From: Pseudomonadota bacterium
GTDB lineage: Bacteria > Myxococcota > JACRCW01 > JAFGSX01
NCBI GenBank assembly: GCA_043821645.1
Contig: JBDRCO010000065.1
Coordinates: forward strand, 64,157-128,156
Length of the DNA: 64,000 nucleotides
Direction of reading: 5' to 3'
Below the pieces are notes generated by a model. It searched no databases and was not told the DNA's origin. It was given only the letters and a program-made list of their open reading frames with translations. Below are positions 1-10,099 of the stretch, piece by piece. The position numbers were made by a program, and so were the translations under genes. The first letter of the stretch is position 1, and each line of letters starts with the position of its first letter.

Positions 1-802
1 CGCGGGTCGCGCTGTCGAGGTGCTCGCTGCGAGCGAGACAAGGCAGATCCGTCGCGGTCAGGGTCTGCGCAGCAAGAACCTCCGTGATCACCACGAAGGA
101 CTGCAGCAGGGTTCTCGCCAGCGCCCTGTCTTCGTCGCTGAAGCGGCAGCTGGGCTCCAGTCGCAGGTGCTTGGCCAGCAGGGTGGGAGCGCGGCCATCG
201 ACCACGGCACCCACCGCCAGCCGCCTGCGCTGGCTCTCACCGTCCAGGGCCTCCAAGGTATCGCCTCGCATGTCGACCCAGCGCTGCCCCTGGCGGTCGC
301 GGAGGGTATGGCGCGCCCAGCTCGCCGGGACAACCTGCACCGTGACGTCGGCGGAGGTATTGCCGGCTCGGTCCGCGGCGCGCAATAGCAGCACGTCGCC
401 AGCGCGCAGATCGAGGGCATGGCAGGTGGCTTCGTCGACGTACAGGGCAGCTCGCCGCTGCCGCGGATCACGGCCCGTCACATCGAGCTCGATGAGGTCC
501 TGGCCATCGTCCCAGCGCGCATCGGGCCGTGCCGACAGGTTGAGAAGCTGAACACGCGTACCGAGTTCTACGTTGCCCAGCTCGAGATACATGGACGCAG
601 CGTCGGCGCGATGCAGGATCGCGCTGCCACTTTGCACCACGCGCGCCGCGGGCGAGGTCCGGACAAAGGCTCGAGCCTCGATCACCTCGGGCGCGGGCGG
701 CGGCGTGATGTCGCCCTCGACATGGGGTGGCTGGGTGATCTCGGGGTCCTGTTCGGCCACGTTGGTACCTGGATCGACCGGCGACAGGGCCGGATGGACC
801 AA
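1..802 (-). CDS. Hypothetical protein, 3' end runs off the window
   Basis: Not in the ORF track. I translated an open minus-strand frame by hand from TTG at 802 (AAGGAG 6 nt upstream) to the window edge: MVHPALSPVDPG...LRAADRAGNTSADVTVQV... Third positions are GC-rich. The DxAGNxS motif is typical of Ig-like domains. Confidence 0.65.
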   Translation of the reverse strand, partial: MVHPALSPVDPGTNVAEQDPEITQPPHVEGDITPPPAPEVIEARAFVRTSPAARVVQSGSAILHRADAASMYLELGNVELGTRVQLLNLSARPDARWDDGQDLIELDVTGRDPRQRRAALYVDEATCHALDLRAGDVLLLRAADRAGNTSADVTVQVVPASWARHTLRDRQGQRWVDMRGDTLEALDGESQRRRLAVGAVVDGRAPTLLAKHLRLEPSCRFSDEDRALARTLLQSFVVITEVLAAQTLTATDLPCLARSEHLDSATR

Positions 803-843
803 CTATATCTCCTTGCCCGGCGCGCTGCACCCTTGGAAGGCCC

Positions 844-1401
844 TCATCGATCGCGGGGATCCACGTCGTGGATGATGATCACGTTGGTCCGCACATCGAC
901 ACTGGCACTCCCCCGAGGAGACAGGGTCGCCTGCACATGAGGCAGCAAGTCGTCAGCCCGCGCGTTGTTGACCGGGATGATCCAGGTCTTGAGCGGTGCA
1001 CTGTGCAGCCACAGGTCCCTGGCCTTGACCACCTGCTCGCGCTCGGCAGCCAGGTCGGCCTGGGGCGCCACGCGCAGGATCTCGCCATCCCACACGCTGC
1101 CCAGGTTCTTGCTCTGCAGCACCACCTTGAGCGCGTGATCCCAGCGCACGTTGCGCAGGCGCAGGGTGACCTGCCCCTGCACCTTGTCGTCGAGGATGAG
1201 GTTGATGCCCGCATCCTCGGCCAACAGTCGTAGCACGTTGTGGATGTCGGCGCGCTGCACGTCCAGGGTCACCCGCTTGCTCGGCAGCACCCGGCCGTCC
1301 GCGCCCCACACCGGCGCGGCCAGGAAGCCCAGCCCCAGGCTCAGGAGGCCCGCCGCCAGACCGCGAACCACCCCGGCACGATATCGACGATGGCGTCTCA
1401 T
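844..1401 (-). CDS. Secretin N-terminal (STN/N0 + N domain) only protein, PilQ-like, with signal peptide
   Basis: The segments VTLDVQRADIHNVLRLLAEDAGINLILDDKVQGQVTLRLRNVRWDHAL and LSPRGSASVDVRTNVIIIHD match the PilQ N-terminal domains. No secretin barrel follows. Start placed at ATG 1401 (estimate). Confidence 0.8.
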   Translation of the reverse strand: MRRHRRYRAGVVRGLAAGLLSLGLGFLAAPVWGADGRVLPSKRVTLDVQRADIHNVLRLLAEDAGINLILDDKVQGQVTLRLRNVRWDHALKVVLQSKNLGSVWDGEILRVAPQADLAAEREQVVKARDLWLHSAPLKTWIIPVNNARADDLLPHVQATLSPRGSASVDVRTNVIIIHDVDPRDR

Positions 1402-1537
1402 GATCACCCCTGTCACCGGAGACCCCCCGCCTGGTCGCGGTCCCGGCCGGTTCCCGGCTCCTCCATCATGGTAGCCAGGGCTCCGGTGTTCGGCCAGCCC
1501 GGTTGGCAAGCCGTCAACCCCACGTTAGGTTGCCGCC

Positions 1538-2746
1538 ATGAACCGCGGCTGGCAGATGCTGTTCTTCGTCGGGATGATGGTGGTCGTGCTCTTCGCCTGG
1601 CACGGCTACCTGTGGATGCGCCTGGTGCGCGAGCCGGGCTGGCCAGCGCTGGCGACGCGCATCCTCACCGTGACCCTGGTGGCCCTGGCCCTGTCCATCC
1701 CAGCCGCCTTCATCCTGTCGCGAGCCCTGCCCTACTCCCTGTCCATGCCGCTGGCGCTGGTCGCCTTCACCTGGATGGGCCTGAGCTTCTACTTTCTCGT
1801 CACCGTTGGGGCCGCCGACCTGCTGCGTGTGGCCGGCAACGGCCTCGAGGCCCTGGTGCGCTGGTTGCGCAGCGGCAGCGGCGAGCTGCTGCTCGAGGAC
1901 CCCGAGCGCCGGCAGCTACTGGCCCGCGCCGTGGGTGCGGTGGCCCTGGCCGGTGCGGGCGTGGCTGGCGTCGGCGGGCTCCGCAATGCCATGGGCAGCG
2001 TGAAGACCAAGGTGGTCGAGGTGCCCCTGCCCCGGCTGCCCGCGGCCCTCGACGGGTTCAGCCTGGTGCAGCTCACGGACCTGCACATCGGCAACGTGCT
2101 TGGCCGCAGCTTCCTGCAGGCCGTGGTCGAGCGCGTCAACGGTCTCGCGCCCGACGCCGTGGTCATCACCGGCGACCTGGTCGACGGCAGCGTCGAGCAC
2201 CTGAAGGCTCTGATCGAGCCCCTGGCCGGGTTGCGCTCGCGCCATGGAACCTTCTTCGTCACCGGCAACCACGAGTACTACTCGGGCGCCCCTGAATGGG
2301 AACAGCACCTGCGCGACATGGGCATCACCGTCCTCGACAACCAGCACGTGACGCTGGCACAGGATAGTCAGGGCCGCGGCGGCCTGGATCTGGCGGGTGT
2401 ACCGGATCCCACCGCGCGCATGCTGGGAGCGCAGCGCGAACCCGACGTGGCGAGGGCGGTTGCGGGTCGCGATGTGAACAATCCCCTGGTGCTGCTGGCC
2501 CACCAGCCCAAGGCCATCGACGATGCGGTGAAGAACGGCGTGGGGCTGGTGCTGTCCGGCCATACTCATGGCGGCCAGATCTGGCCCTTTGGCTACGTCG
2601 TCGCTCTGACCCAGCCCTACCTGGCGGGTTTGCACCATCACGACGACACCTACATCTACGTCAGCCGCGGCACGGGATTCTGGGGGCCCCCGCTGAGGCT
2701 CGGCGCGCCGGCCGAGATCACGCGGGTTGTGCTCAGGAGCGCGTGA
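1538..2746 (+). CDS. Membrane-anchored calcineurin-like metallophosphoesterase (YkuE-like)
   Basis: Motifs DLH, GDLVD, GNHE, LAHQP and GHTHGGQ, with N-terminal TM helices. Confidence 0.92.
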   Translation: MNRGWQMLFFVGMMVVVLFAWHGYLWMRLVREPGWPALATRILTVTLVALALSIPAAFILSRALPYSLSMPLALVAFTWMGLSFYFLVTVGAADLLRVAGNGLEALVRWLRSGSGELLLEDPERRQLLARAVGAVALAGAGVAGVGGLRNAMGSVKTKVVEVPLPRLPAALDGFSLVQLTDLHIGNVLGRSFLQAVVERVNGLAPDAVVITGDLVDGSVEHLKALIEPLAGLRSRHGTFFVTGNHEYYSGAPEWEQHLRDMGITVLDNQHVTLAQDSQGRGGLDLAGVPDPTARMLGAQREPDVARAVAGRDVNNPLVLLAHQPKAIDDAVKNGVGLVLSGHTHGGQIWPFGYVVALTQPYLAGLHHHDDTYIYVSRGTGFWGPPLRLGAPAEITRVVLRSA

Positions 2747-2884
2747 CCACCTCTCGCAATGCCCCTGCACTATTCGAAACTGTCGCGGACTCAAGGTCCC
2801 CTCTCAGCCTTGCGCGACCGGCGTCGTGGCCAGCTTGCATGATGCCCCTGTGAGTCCAGCACCTTGTGCGGCTAGACTGAACGC

Positions 2885-4387
2885 ATGTCAGCCCAGTCCA
2901 TCGCCCACCTGCTCACCGCCGTCGCGGGTACCGCCATCGCCGTCACGGCCCTGGCGCGCAGCGGTCGCTCGAGCCTGCTGTGGGCCGTGGTCATGGCCGC
3001 CCTCACGGTCGCCGCCTGGAACGGCGCCCACGGCCTGCTGCTGCTGACCCGGGACGACAGCATCCGCATCTTGGCCCCGGCCCTCGGCTCCCTGCCCCTG
3101 GCCGCCTTCTGCAGCCTGGCCCTGCGCGCTGCGGTGCCCCGGGCACGCTGGCGGCCCTGGGCGGAGCTCGTCGGCTGGCTGGCCGTGGTGAGCTATTCGG
3201 TCATCACCCTGAGTGGACTGCTCTTCGAGTCCAGCCGAGCCTTCGTGCTGTCCTCCGGATGGAATGTGGGCTTCGCCTCGCTCGCAGCCCCGTTTCTCGT
3301 CGCCACGGCCACCTCCCTCGTCGTCGGCAGCGTCAGCGGTCGCCCGGATCGGCGGCCCCTGTGTCGCATCCTTTTGGTGGCCGCGGTGCTGGGCTTCGCC
3401 TCGGGCCTGTCCCAGGTGCTGCCACCGGGTCGCCCCCTGGAACTCGGATCACCGGGCATGTTACTGGCCGTGGTGCTGGGAGCGGTGGCGGTGGCCCGAC
3501 GGCAGGTCGCGCTCGAGACCATCGCGCTGCAGGAGATCCTGGCCGTCACCGGCGGCGTGGCCGCGGTGGTGATCGCCGCCGTGCTCGTCGTGGCGCGGGC
3601 CCAGGGCAGCCCCCTGTGGAGCAGCCTCGGGCTGGCCATCCTGGGCATCGTCGCGCTCGGTGCCTACCACGTGATCCACCGCCGCTGGCAAGGGAGGCTG
3701 CATGAGGCCACCCGCCTGGCATCCCTGGGCCGGGCCACCAGCGTGCTCGCCCACGAGGTGCGGAACCCCCTGACCACGGTGCAGGGTGCCATCGATATCC
3801 TGGACCAGGAGTTGGGGAGCTGTGGCCGCCACGCCGACAGCCAGCCCTACCTAGACATGGCGCGCAGCGAGATCGCACGGGTGCTCACCCTGGTTCAGGA
3901 CGCCCTGAGCTACGCTCGCGCACCGACCCCTGCACGTGAGCGCTTCGACCTGCGCGTGCTTCTGCAGCGGGCTGTCGATGCGGCCAGGTTGCAGCACCCG
4001 GGTCAGGACATCTCGCTGGCAGACGGACATCCCGTCGAGGTGGAGGCAGACTCGGGCCAGCTGACCCAGGTCTTCGACAACCTGGTCCTCAACGCCTGCC
4101 AGAGTCGCGAGGGTGCGCGGGTGAAGCTGAGCATCGCCCGCACCGAGGCGGCGCTGGTCGAGGTGCACGTCGTCGACGACGGCCCCGGGGTGGCCGAGGA
4201 GCTGCGCGACCGGGTGTTCGAGCCCTTCTTCACCACCAAGCTGCGAGGTGGTGGACTTGGCCTGGCCATCGTGCGCGAGATCGCCCGTCGTCACGGCGGG
4301 GACGTCACCCTGGGACGCTGCGATGAAGGGGGCGCTCGCTTCACCGTTGTGCTGGCCAGGAACGCGAGTGAGGAGGAGCTTTCATGA
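2885..4387 (+). CDS. Multi-TM sensor histidine kinase
   Basis: H-box LAHEVRNPL, N-box NLVLNA, G1 DDGPG, FEPFFTTK and G2 GGGLGL. The N-terminal half is hydrophobic. Confidence 0.93.
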   Translation: MSAQSIAHLLTAVAGTAIAVTALARSGRSSLLWAVVMAALTVAAWNGAHGLLLLTRDDSIRILAPALGSLPLAAFCSLALRAAVPRARWRPWAELVGWLAVVSYSVITLSGLLFESSRAFVLSSGWNVGFASLAAPFLVATATSLVVGSVSGRPDRRPLCRILLVAAVLGFASGLSQVLPPGRPLELGSPGMLLAVVLGAVAVARRQVALETIALQEILAVTGGVAAVVIAAVLVVARAQGSPLWSSLGLAILGIVALGAYHVIHRRWQGRLHEATRLASLGRATSVLAHEVRNPLTTVQGAIDILDQELGSCGRHADSQPYLDMARSEIARVLTLVQDALSYARAPTPARERFDLRVLLQRAVDAARLQHPGQDISLADGHPVEVEADSGQLTQVFDNLVLNACQSREGARVKLSIARTEAALVEVHVVDDGPGVAEELRDRVFEPFFTTKLRGGGLGLAIVREIARRHGGDVTLGRCDEGGARFTVVLARNASEEELS

Positions 4388-5715
4388 GCACACGCCCAGG
4401 ACAGCCTCTGGTGCTGGTGGTCGACGACGAACCCGGGGTTCGCCTGATCCTGCGTGGTCTGCTCGGGCAACTCGGCTATGGCGTGGTGGATGCCGAAGCC
4501 GCACGGCCTGCACTCGAGGTGCTGGAGCGCGAGCCCGTGGACGTGATCCTGACCGACTTGCAGATGCCAGGGGAGGACGGACTGTGGTTGCTCGACGAGG
4601 TCCGCCGGCGCATGCCCTTCGTACCCGTGGTCCTGCTCACCGCCCACGGCAGCGTCGAGAACGCTGTGGCCGCCATGCGGCGCGGTGCCGCGGACTTCTT
4701 GACCAAACCCGTGGACAGGGCGGCCCTGGAGCGCACCCTGCAAGCCGCCGTTCCTCTCTCGGATCGCCTGTTCGTCGACGGTACAGCCATGGATCTCGTT
4801 GCGGAGTCCCCGGCCATGCGCCAGGTACTGCGCATGTGCGAGCGCATGGCCAGCAGCCAGGCCCCCGTGCTCATCACCGGCCCCTCGGGGAGCGGCAAGG
4901 AGGTGGTGGCCCGCGCCCTGCACGAACTCGCAGGAGCCAGGCGCCCCTTCATCGCCGTCAACTGCGCCGCCATCCCCGAGGGCCTGCTCGAGAGCGAGCT
5001 GTTCGGTCACGTCAAGGGTGCCTTCACTGGCGCCACCTGCGACAGGCCGGGCCGGGTGGAGCTGGCCTCGGGCGGCACCCTGTTCCTCGATGAGATCGGC
5101 GATCTGCCGATGCCTGTGCAGGTCAAGCTGCTACGGCTGGTACAAGAGCGGACCTTCGAGCGCGTGGGTGGCCTGGGCACCAAGACCGCGGACATTCGCA
5201 TTCTGGCCGCGACCCACCGTGATCTCTCCGCCGCGGTGGTTCAGGGCCAGTTTCGCGAGGACCTGTTCTTTCGCCTCAACGTCCTTCCCCTGGCCATCCC
5301 ACCTCTGTGTGAGCGCCCCGAGGATGTGGCCCCCCTCGCGCGCGCATTTCTGCTGCGTGCATGCACGAGCGGTGGGCAGGCGGCCCCGGCCCTGACCGCC
5401 GACGCGGTGGCTCGACTCGAGGCCCAGGACTGGCCAGGCAACGCGCGCGAGCTCGGCAACCTGATGGAGCGGGTCGCCGTGCTGTGTCCCGGTCCGACGA
5501 TCAGTGCCGCCGAGATCGACGAGTGCATGCAGCTCGGTCAGCGCTGGCAAGGTCGGCCCACTGGTTCGCCGTCCACCCCCCCTCTGGTCGACGAGAGGCA
5601 ACAGGTACTCGAGGCCCTGGATCGCGCCGCAGGGAACCGGACCCTGGCTGCACGCCTTCTGGGGGTGTCACGGCGCACTCTGTACAACAAGCTCGAGCGC
5701 TACCAGGTGGCCTAG
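4384..5715 (+). CDS. Sigma-54-dependent response regulator (NtrC family)
   Basis: REC domain (VVDDE, TDLQMP, KP), Walker [23 protein letters not shown] and a Fis-type HTH. ATGA overlap with the kinase. Confidence 0.95.
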   Translation: MSTRPGQPLVLVVDDEPGVRLILRGLLGQLGYGVVDAEAARPALEVLEREPVDVILTDLQMPGEDGLWLLDEVRRRMPFVPVVLLTAHGSVENAVAAMRRGAADFLTKPVDRAALERTLQAAVPLSDRLFVDGTAMDLVAESPAMRQVLRMCERMASSQAPVLITGPSGSGKEVVARALHELAGARRPFIAVNCAAIPEGLLESELFGHVKGAFTGATCDRPGRVELASGGTLFLDEIGDLPMPVQVKLLRLVQERTFERVGGLGTKTADIRILAATHRDLSAAVVQGQFREDLFFRLNVLPLAIPPLCERPEDVAPLARAFLLRACTSGGQAAPALTADAVARLEAQDWPGNARELGNLMERVAVLCPGPTISAAEIDECMQLGQRWQGRPTGSPSTPPLVDERQQVLEALDRAAGNRTLAARLLGVSRRTLYNKLERYQVA

Positions 5716-5718
5716 CCC

Positions 5719-7020
5719 ATGGCCGCCCGGGTCCGCATGCCGCTTCCTGGCTACCTCGAGGTGGAGATCGGCACCTACTGCAACCGCCGCTGTGCCTGGT
5801 GTCCCAACGGATCCCACAGCTGTGGTCGCCGCCACCACCACATGAGCGAGGAGGTGTGGCGCGCCCTGCTTGACGATCTGCGAGGCCACGATTACCGGGG
5901 GTGGTTCGCATTTCATGACTACAACGAGCCCCTGGCCAACCCCCGGTTCGACGAGGTCCTGGCGATCTGTCGCGAGGTCCTGCCCGACGCCAGCTGGCTG
6001 TTGCAGACCAATGGCGATGCGCTGACTGCCGAGAACTTCGACGAGCTGCGCCACTTCTTCTCGGCGATCGCCATCAACTTCTACGACGAGAGATCCGCGA
6101 AGCGTTTCGCGGCGCTGGGCCTCGCCTACGTGGCCGCTGAACATCCCGGACGCATCCAGCACCCGGGCCGCCTGCGCCGGGCTCCCGGGCAGAACCGCGG
6201 TCGTGGCGAGGCCGTGGTGCAGCTCAACCACAAGAACCTGGACACGAGCTGGATCGAGTTGCCAGTGGAGGCAGGCCAGGTGCGCGCACCGTGCACCCAC
6301 CTGTGGCGCGACGCGGCCGTGGGTCACGACGGACTGTTCTACCTGTGCTGCCGCGATAGCCAGCGAGAGCATCCGCTGGCCGACCTGCGTCAGACCTCTC
6401 TGGTCGAGGCATACAACGGCCCAGTCGCGACCGCACCAAGGCAGTCCATGCAAGCCGGGAGCCGGGATCGCATCGCCATGTGCCCGCATCGCCATGTGCC
6501 TGGCACTGCCCCATCCATCAGCGCACGCCTTTCGACGCATGCTCGGGGACTCCGACCTCGCTCCCGCGCAAGCCTGCGATCGGGCGGCGTGCTCGCGGCA
6601 CGGCATCGGCGACGACGTCCGCGACCAGACCTCGCGCCAGGGCAGTCACGGCAAGGGTCCACACGCCCTGCACGGTGCCGTGCTCCTCGAGGACCCCTCG
6701 TCCGGCATGCGCGTCATCGAGCAGGATGCGCGCTCGAGCGTCAGGGGCCAGCTGGTGCCACGACATCAAGCCAGCCGGCGCCTGCCTCTGGCAGAGCTGT
6801 CCTGGCCTGCGCGCTCGCCGACCTCGACGAGGGTCAGGAGCTGCGGGCCAGCTCTGGTGGCCTGTGCGGCCAGCAGTGGATAGGGGCGCTGCTCGACTTT
6901 CCGGCGCTGGAGCCAACTGGAGTCCGGGTGAGCGCGAAGGGTGTCCTCCGCACCGGTGCCCTGGCGGCCTGGGCCGCCGTGCGTGCCGGCCGTGCGAGCC
7001 TTCAGGTTCACCTGGACTAG
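5719..7020 (+). CDS. Radical SAM/SPASM-type protein, probably frameshifted after ~6484
   Basis: CNRRCAWC (CxxxCxxC), YNEPL, QTNG and the SPASM-like PC...DGLFYLCC. An exact 16-bp duplication at 6469-6500 shifts the frame. Confidence 0.75.
   Translation: MAARVRMPLPGYLEVEIGTYCNRRCAWCPNGSHSCGRRHHHMSEEVWRALLDDLRGHDYRGWFAFHDYNEPLANPRFDEVLAICREVLPDASWLLQTNGDALTAENFDELRHFFSAIAINFYDERSAKRFAALGLAYVAAEHPGRIQHPGRLRRAPGQNRGRGEAVVQLNHKNLDTSWIELPVEAGQVRAPCTHLWRDAAVGHDGLFYLCCRDSQREHPLADLRQTSLVEAYNGPVATAPRQSMQAGSRDRIAMCPHRHVPGTAPSISARLSTHARGLRPRSRASLRSGGVLAARHRRRRPRPDLAPGQSRQGSTRPARCRAPRGPLVRHARHRAGCALERQGPAGATTSSQPAPASGRAVLACALADLDEGQELRASSGGLCGQQWIGALLDFPALEPTGVRVSAKGVLRTGALAAWAAVRAGRASLQVHLD
6469..6500 (+). 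repeat. Exact 16-bp tandem duplication
   Basis: CGCATCGCCATGTGCC at 6469-6484 and again at 6485-6500. Confidence 0.95.
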
Positions 7021-8204
7021 GATCCACGTCCCCGGTACGCCGGGATGCTGCGCAGAGCATCGCGCGCCTCGGCCTCCGTGGTTGGATCCGGGTCGTGGTC
7101 AAAGACCGCAAGCAGGTGCTGGTAGGCAGCCGTGGGCTGGCCCTGGGCCAGGCGCATCAGGCCTAGGGCGAGAAAGACCCGCGCCAGCGAGCCCGAGCGC
7201 GCATGCACGTCGAGGCAGCGCCGGAGCAGGTTGGCGGCGGCAATGGGATGACTCGCCTGATCCAGCCACTGCGATAGCACCACACACTCACCCGGGCTCA
7301 GCTCGGCGATCTCGGCGCGCCCCAGGCGTTCCACGAGCCCCAGGGCTTCGGCGCGATGCCCGGACACGAGAGCCTGGCGGATCGTCTCCACAAGGGTCTC
7401 GACCTCGGCACGGGGCCGCGGCGATCCGGGAAGGACACTCCTCAGGCGCCAGTGCGCATCCGTCCAGGGCCAGCGCCACGACAGGTGCTCCCCTGCTCCC
7501 GCTACCAGCAGCCCAGCACAGAAACCTCCGAGATGCGCACCGTAAGCCACATTGGAACTGCTCCCCACCACGAAGGGCAGCATGTTGTCGACGACGACGT
7601 AGAAGCCAAGCACCCAGCGCGCGGGCAGAAGGATCACATCGAAGAAGAAGGGGAACAGTGCCACCAGCAGCTTGATCTGGTTGCGCTTGAACAGCAGGAA
7701 ATAGCAGCCGAGCACACCGGAGATGGCTCCCGACGCACCGACCAGGGGCGTCCAGGACGGACCGGCCAGCCAGCCGAAGCTGACCGTGGCCACCGCACCG
7801 GTGCCGAGGTAGGCGACCAGGTATCCGACCCGTCCCAGGCGGTGCTCGACGTTGTCACCATAGATCCACAGGAACAGCATGTTGCCAGCGAGGTGCCAGA
7901 AGCCGCCGTGCAGGAACATGCTGGAGAACAGATCGGTCGCCTGCGGTGCGGCCGAGATGTACCCGTGTTCGAACACGAACAACTCGTAGGCCGTGAGCTG
8001 GTTGAGGGCCACCAGGGGATCGAGTCCATCGCCCAGCACATGCCGGAGCAAGGCCTGTACTGCCGGGTCCCGCGGATCCACACCCTGTGACGACAGGGGC
8101 ACGGTCAGCAGCAGGTACACGACTACGTTGGCCAGGATCAGGGCCCAGTTGACATAGGCCGTGAAGCGAACCGGGTTGGGGGTGTCGCCTATGGGCAAGA
8201 ACAT
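7017..8204 (-). CDS. Rhomboid intramembrane serine protease with C-terminal TPR-like region
   Basis: MFLHGGFWHLAGNM, catalytic GASG and AHLGG. The C-terminus is helical and TPR-like. Confidence 0.93.
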   Translation of the reverse strand: MFLPIGDTPNPVRFTAYVNWALILANVVVYLLLTVPLSSQGVDPRDPAVQALLRHVLGDGLDPLVALNQLTAYELFVFEHGYISAAPQATDLFSSMFLHGGFWHLAGNMLFLWIYGDNVEHRLGRVGYLVAYLGTGAVATVSFGWLAGPSWTPLVGASGAISGVLGCYFLLFKRNQIKLLVALFPFFFDVILLPARWVLGFYVVVDNMLPFVVGSSSNVAYGAHLGGFCAGLLVAGAGEHLSWRWPWTDAHWRLRSVLPGSPRPRAEVETLVETIRQALVSGHRAEALGLVERLGRAEIAELSPGECVVLSQWLDQASHPIAAANLLRRCLDVHARSGSLARVFLALGLMRLAQGQPTAAYQHLLAVFDHDPDPTTEAEARDALRSIPAYRGRGS

Positions 8205-8324
8205 GAGACCAGATTTCCTCCGTCGCCATCATAGCCCAGGCTGGCCACGGGGGCAGGATGCCTCCGCGCAGCGCCGTCCGAGTGGTTTTCGTCGTACCGG
8301 CGCCGGTGTAAAGAGTCTAAGGTG

Positions 8325-8354
8325 TTGACGCGACCTGCCACGCACGCGTACAAA
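8325..8354 (+). promoter_or_regulatory. Putative sigma70 promoter of the arginine decarboxylase-agmatinase pair
   Basis: TTGACG-N18-TACAAA about 70 bp upstream of ATG 8424. Confidence 0.4.
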
Positions 8355-8423
8355 ACGCCACAGCGCGCCCCGGCTCCTGCACAGAGCAGACCCTCTGCGC
8401 GCTCCTGACCCAAGGAGCCCATC

Positions 8424-9029
8424 ATGGTCAAGCAAAAGCCCAGACATGTGATCGAGCCTAAGGTTCCAGACATTCACCAGACACTGACGCCCACGTCGCT
8501 GTTCTTGACCAAGGGCAAGGGTGTGGCGACCCAGAAGCTGACCTCGTTCGAGATGGCGCTGCGAGACGCGGGCATCGCTCACCTCAACCTGGTGCGCGTG
8601 TCCAGCATCTTTCCCCCGGGCTGCCAGATCATCCCGCGCTCGCTCGGGCGCAAGCGCCTGAATCCGGGCCAGGTCTGCTTCGTGGTCATGAGCGACAACG
8701 CGAGCAACGAGCCCAACAGGCTGCTCGCCGCCTCGGTGGGCCTGGCCGTGCCCAAGGATGGAACGCACTGGGGCTACCTGTCCGAGCACCACAGCTTTGG
8801 TGAGACCGCCAAGAAGGCCGGCGAGTATGCCGAGGACCTGGCCGCCACCATGCTCGCCACCACCCTCGGCGTCGACTTCGATCCCGCCAAGAACTACGAC
8901 GAGCGCAAGGAGATCTACCGCATGAGCGGCAAGGTCGTGGTCAGCCGCGAGGTCACCCAGAGCGCCGAGGGCGAGAAAGACGGCCTGTGGACCACCGTCG
9001 TCGCCGCCGCCGTGCTGCTGTTCGACTGA
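8424..9029 (+). CDS. pdaD: Pyruvoyl-dependent arginine decarboxylase
   Basis: SFEMALRDAGIAHLNLVRVSSIFPP contains the Ser-Ser self-cleavage site. GYLSEH and WTTVVAAAV also match. It lies next to agmatinase. Confidence 0.9.
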   Translation: MVKQKPRHVIEPKVPDIHQTLTPTSLFLTKGKGVATQKLTSFEMALRDAGIAHLNLVRVSSIFPPGCQIIPRSLGRKRLNPGQVCFVVMSDNASNEPNRLLAASVGLAVPKDGTHWGYLSEHHSFGETAKKAGEYAEDLAATMLATTLGVDFDPAKNYDERKEIYRMSGKVVVSREVTQSAEGEKDGLWTTVVAAAVLLFD

Positions 9030-9063
9030 ACCCTCCCGTCCCCCATCTCCGACGAGGAACGCC

Positions 9064-9969
9064 GTGAGCTTTGTCACGTACCCCACGGGCTTCGGTGCCC
9101 TCGAGGCCGAGCGCACAGATCTGTCCACGGCCCGCGTCGTGGTGCTTCCCCTGCCCTACGACCTCACCACGAGTTACGTCAGTGGTACTCGACTGGGCCC
9201 CGCCGCAATCATCGAGGCGTCGCGTCACCTGGAGCTGTGCGACGAGGAAACCGGCCGCGACTTCAGCGAGGTTGGCATCCACACCTGCGATCCCCTGGCG
9301 GCAGACACCCGTGGGCCCGAATACATGGTGGACGCCATCCAAGCCGCGGCTGCGCGCCTTCACGCCCTGGGCAAGTTCGTGCTCGGCCTCGGCGGTGAAC
9401 ACTCGGTGAGCAACGGCCTGGTGCGTGCGGCAGCGAGTCGCTGGCCCGATCTGGGGGTGCTGCAGCTCGACGCGCACCTGGACCTGCGCGACAGCTTCGA
9501 GGAGAGCCCTTTCAATCACGCCTGCGTCATGCGCCGGCTGCGCGACGACCTGGGCCTGCCCCTCGTACAGGTCGGCATCCGCAGTTTCTCCTCCGAGGAG
9601 CACAGCTACGTGCAGGAGCAAGGCTTGCTCCCCGTGTCCGCACGGCTCCTGGCCACGGCAACGAGGGAAGAACGGTCCGCCCTGCTCCAGGACATCGTCG
9701 ATCGCCTCCCGGCCCGGGTGTACCTGAGCGTGGATCTCGACGTGTTCGATCCCTCGATTCTACCGGGGACAGGGACCCCTGAGCCCGGCGGCCTGGACTG
9801 GTACGCGGTGGTGGATCTTGTGGCAGCCGTGGCCAGCCGGTGCGAGATCGTGGCCGCCGACGTCGTGGAACTGGCTCCCATCGGCGGCCAGGTGGCCAGC
9901 GACTTCCTGGCCGCCAAGCTCTGCTACAAGATCATCGGCCACGCCCTCGCCCTGCGCGATCCAGCCTGA
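9064..9969 (+). CDS. speB: Agmatinase
   Basis: Ureohydrolase motifs GGEHS, DAHLD, SVDLDVFDP and GTGTPEPGG. Confidence 0.92.
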   Translation: MSFVTYPTGFGALEAERTDLSTARVVVLPLPYDLTTSYVSGTRLGPAAIIEASRHLELCDEETGRDFSEVGIHTCDPLAADTRGPEYMVDAIQAAAARLHALGKFVLGLGGEHSVSNGLVRAAASRWPDLGVLQLDAHLDLRDSFEESPFNHACVMRRLRDDLGLPLVQVGIRSFSSEEHSYVQEQGLLPVSARLLATATREERSALLQDIVDRLPARVYLSVDLDVFDPSILPGTGTPEPGGLDWYAVVDLVAAVASRCEIVAADVVELAPIGGQVASDFLAAKLCYKIIGHALALRDPA

Positions 9970-10099
9970 GTCAGGATCCCTCGCCCATGCGGCCCGAGCA
10001 TGCAGGAGCCAGGTGCAGCCATTGACCCGTGTGCTCGGGCAACGCGATACTGATATGTTGGCATGGAGTGCGGTCCTGCGACCGAGGGGAGCGTGTGAC

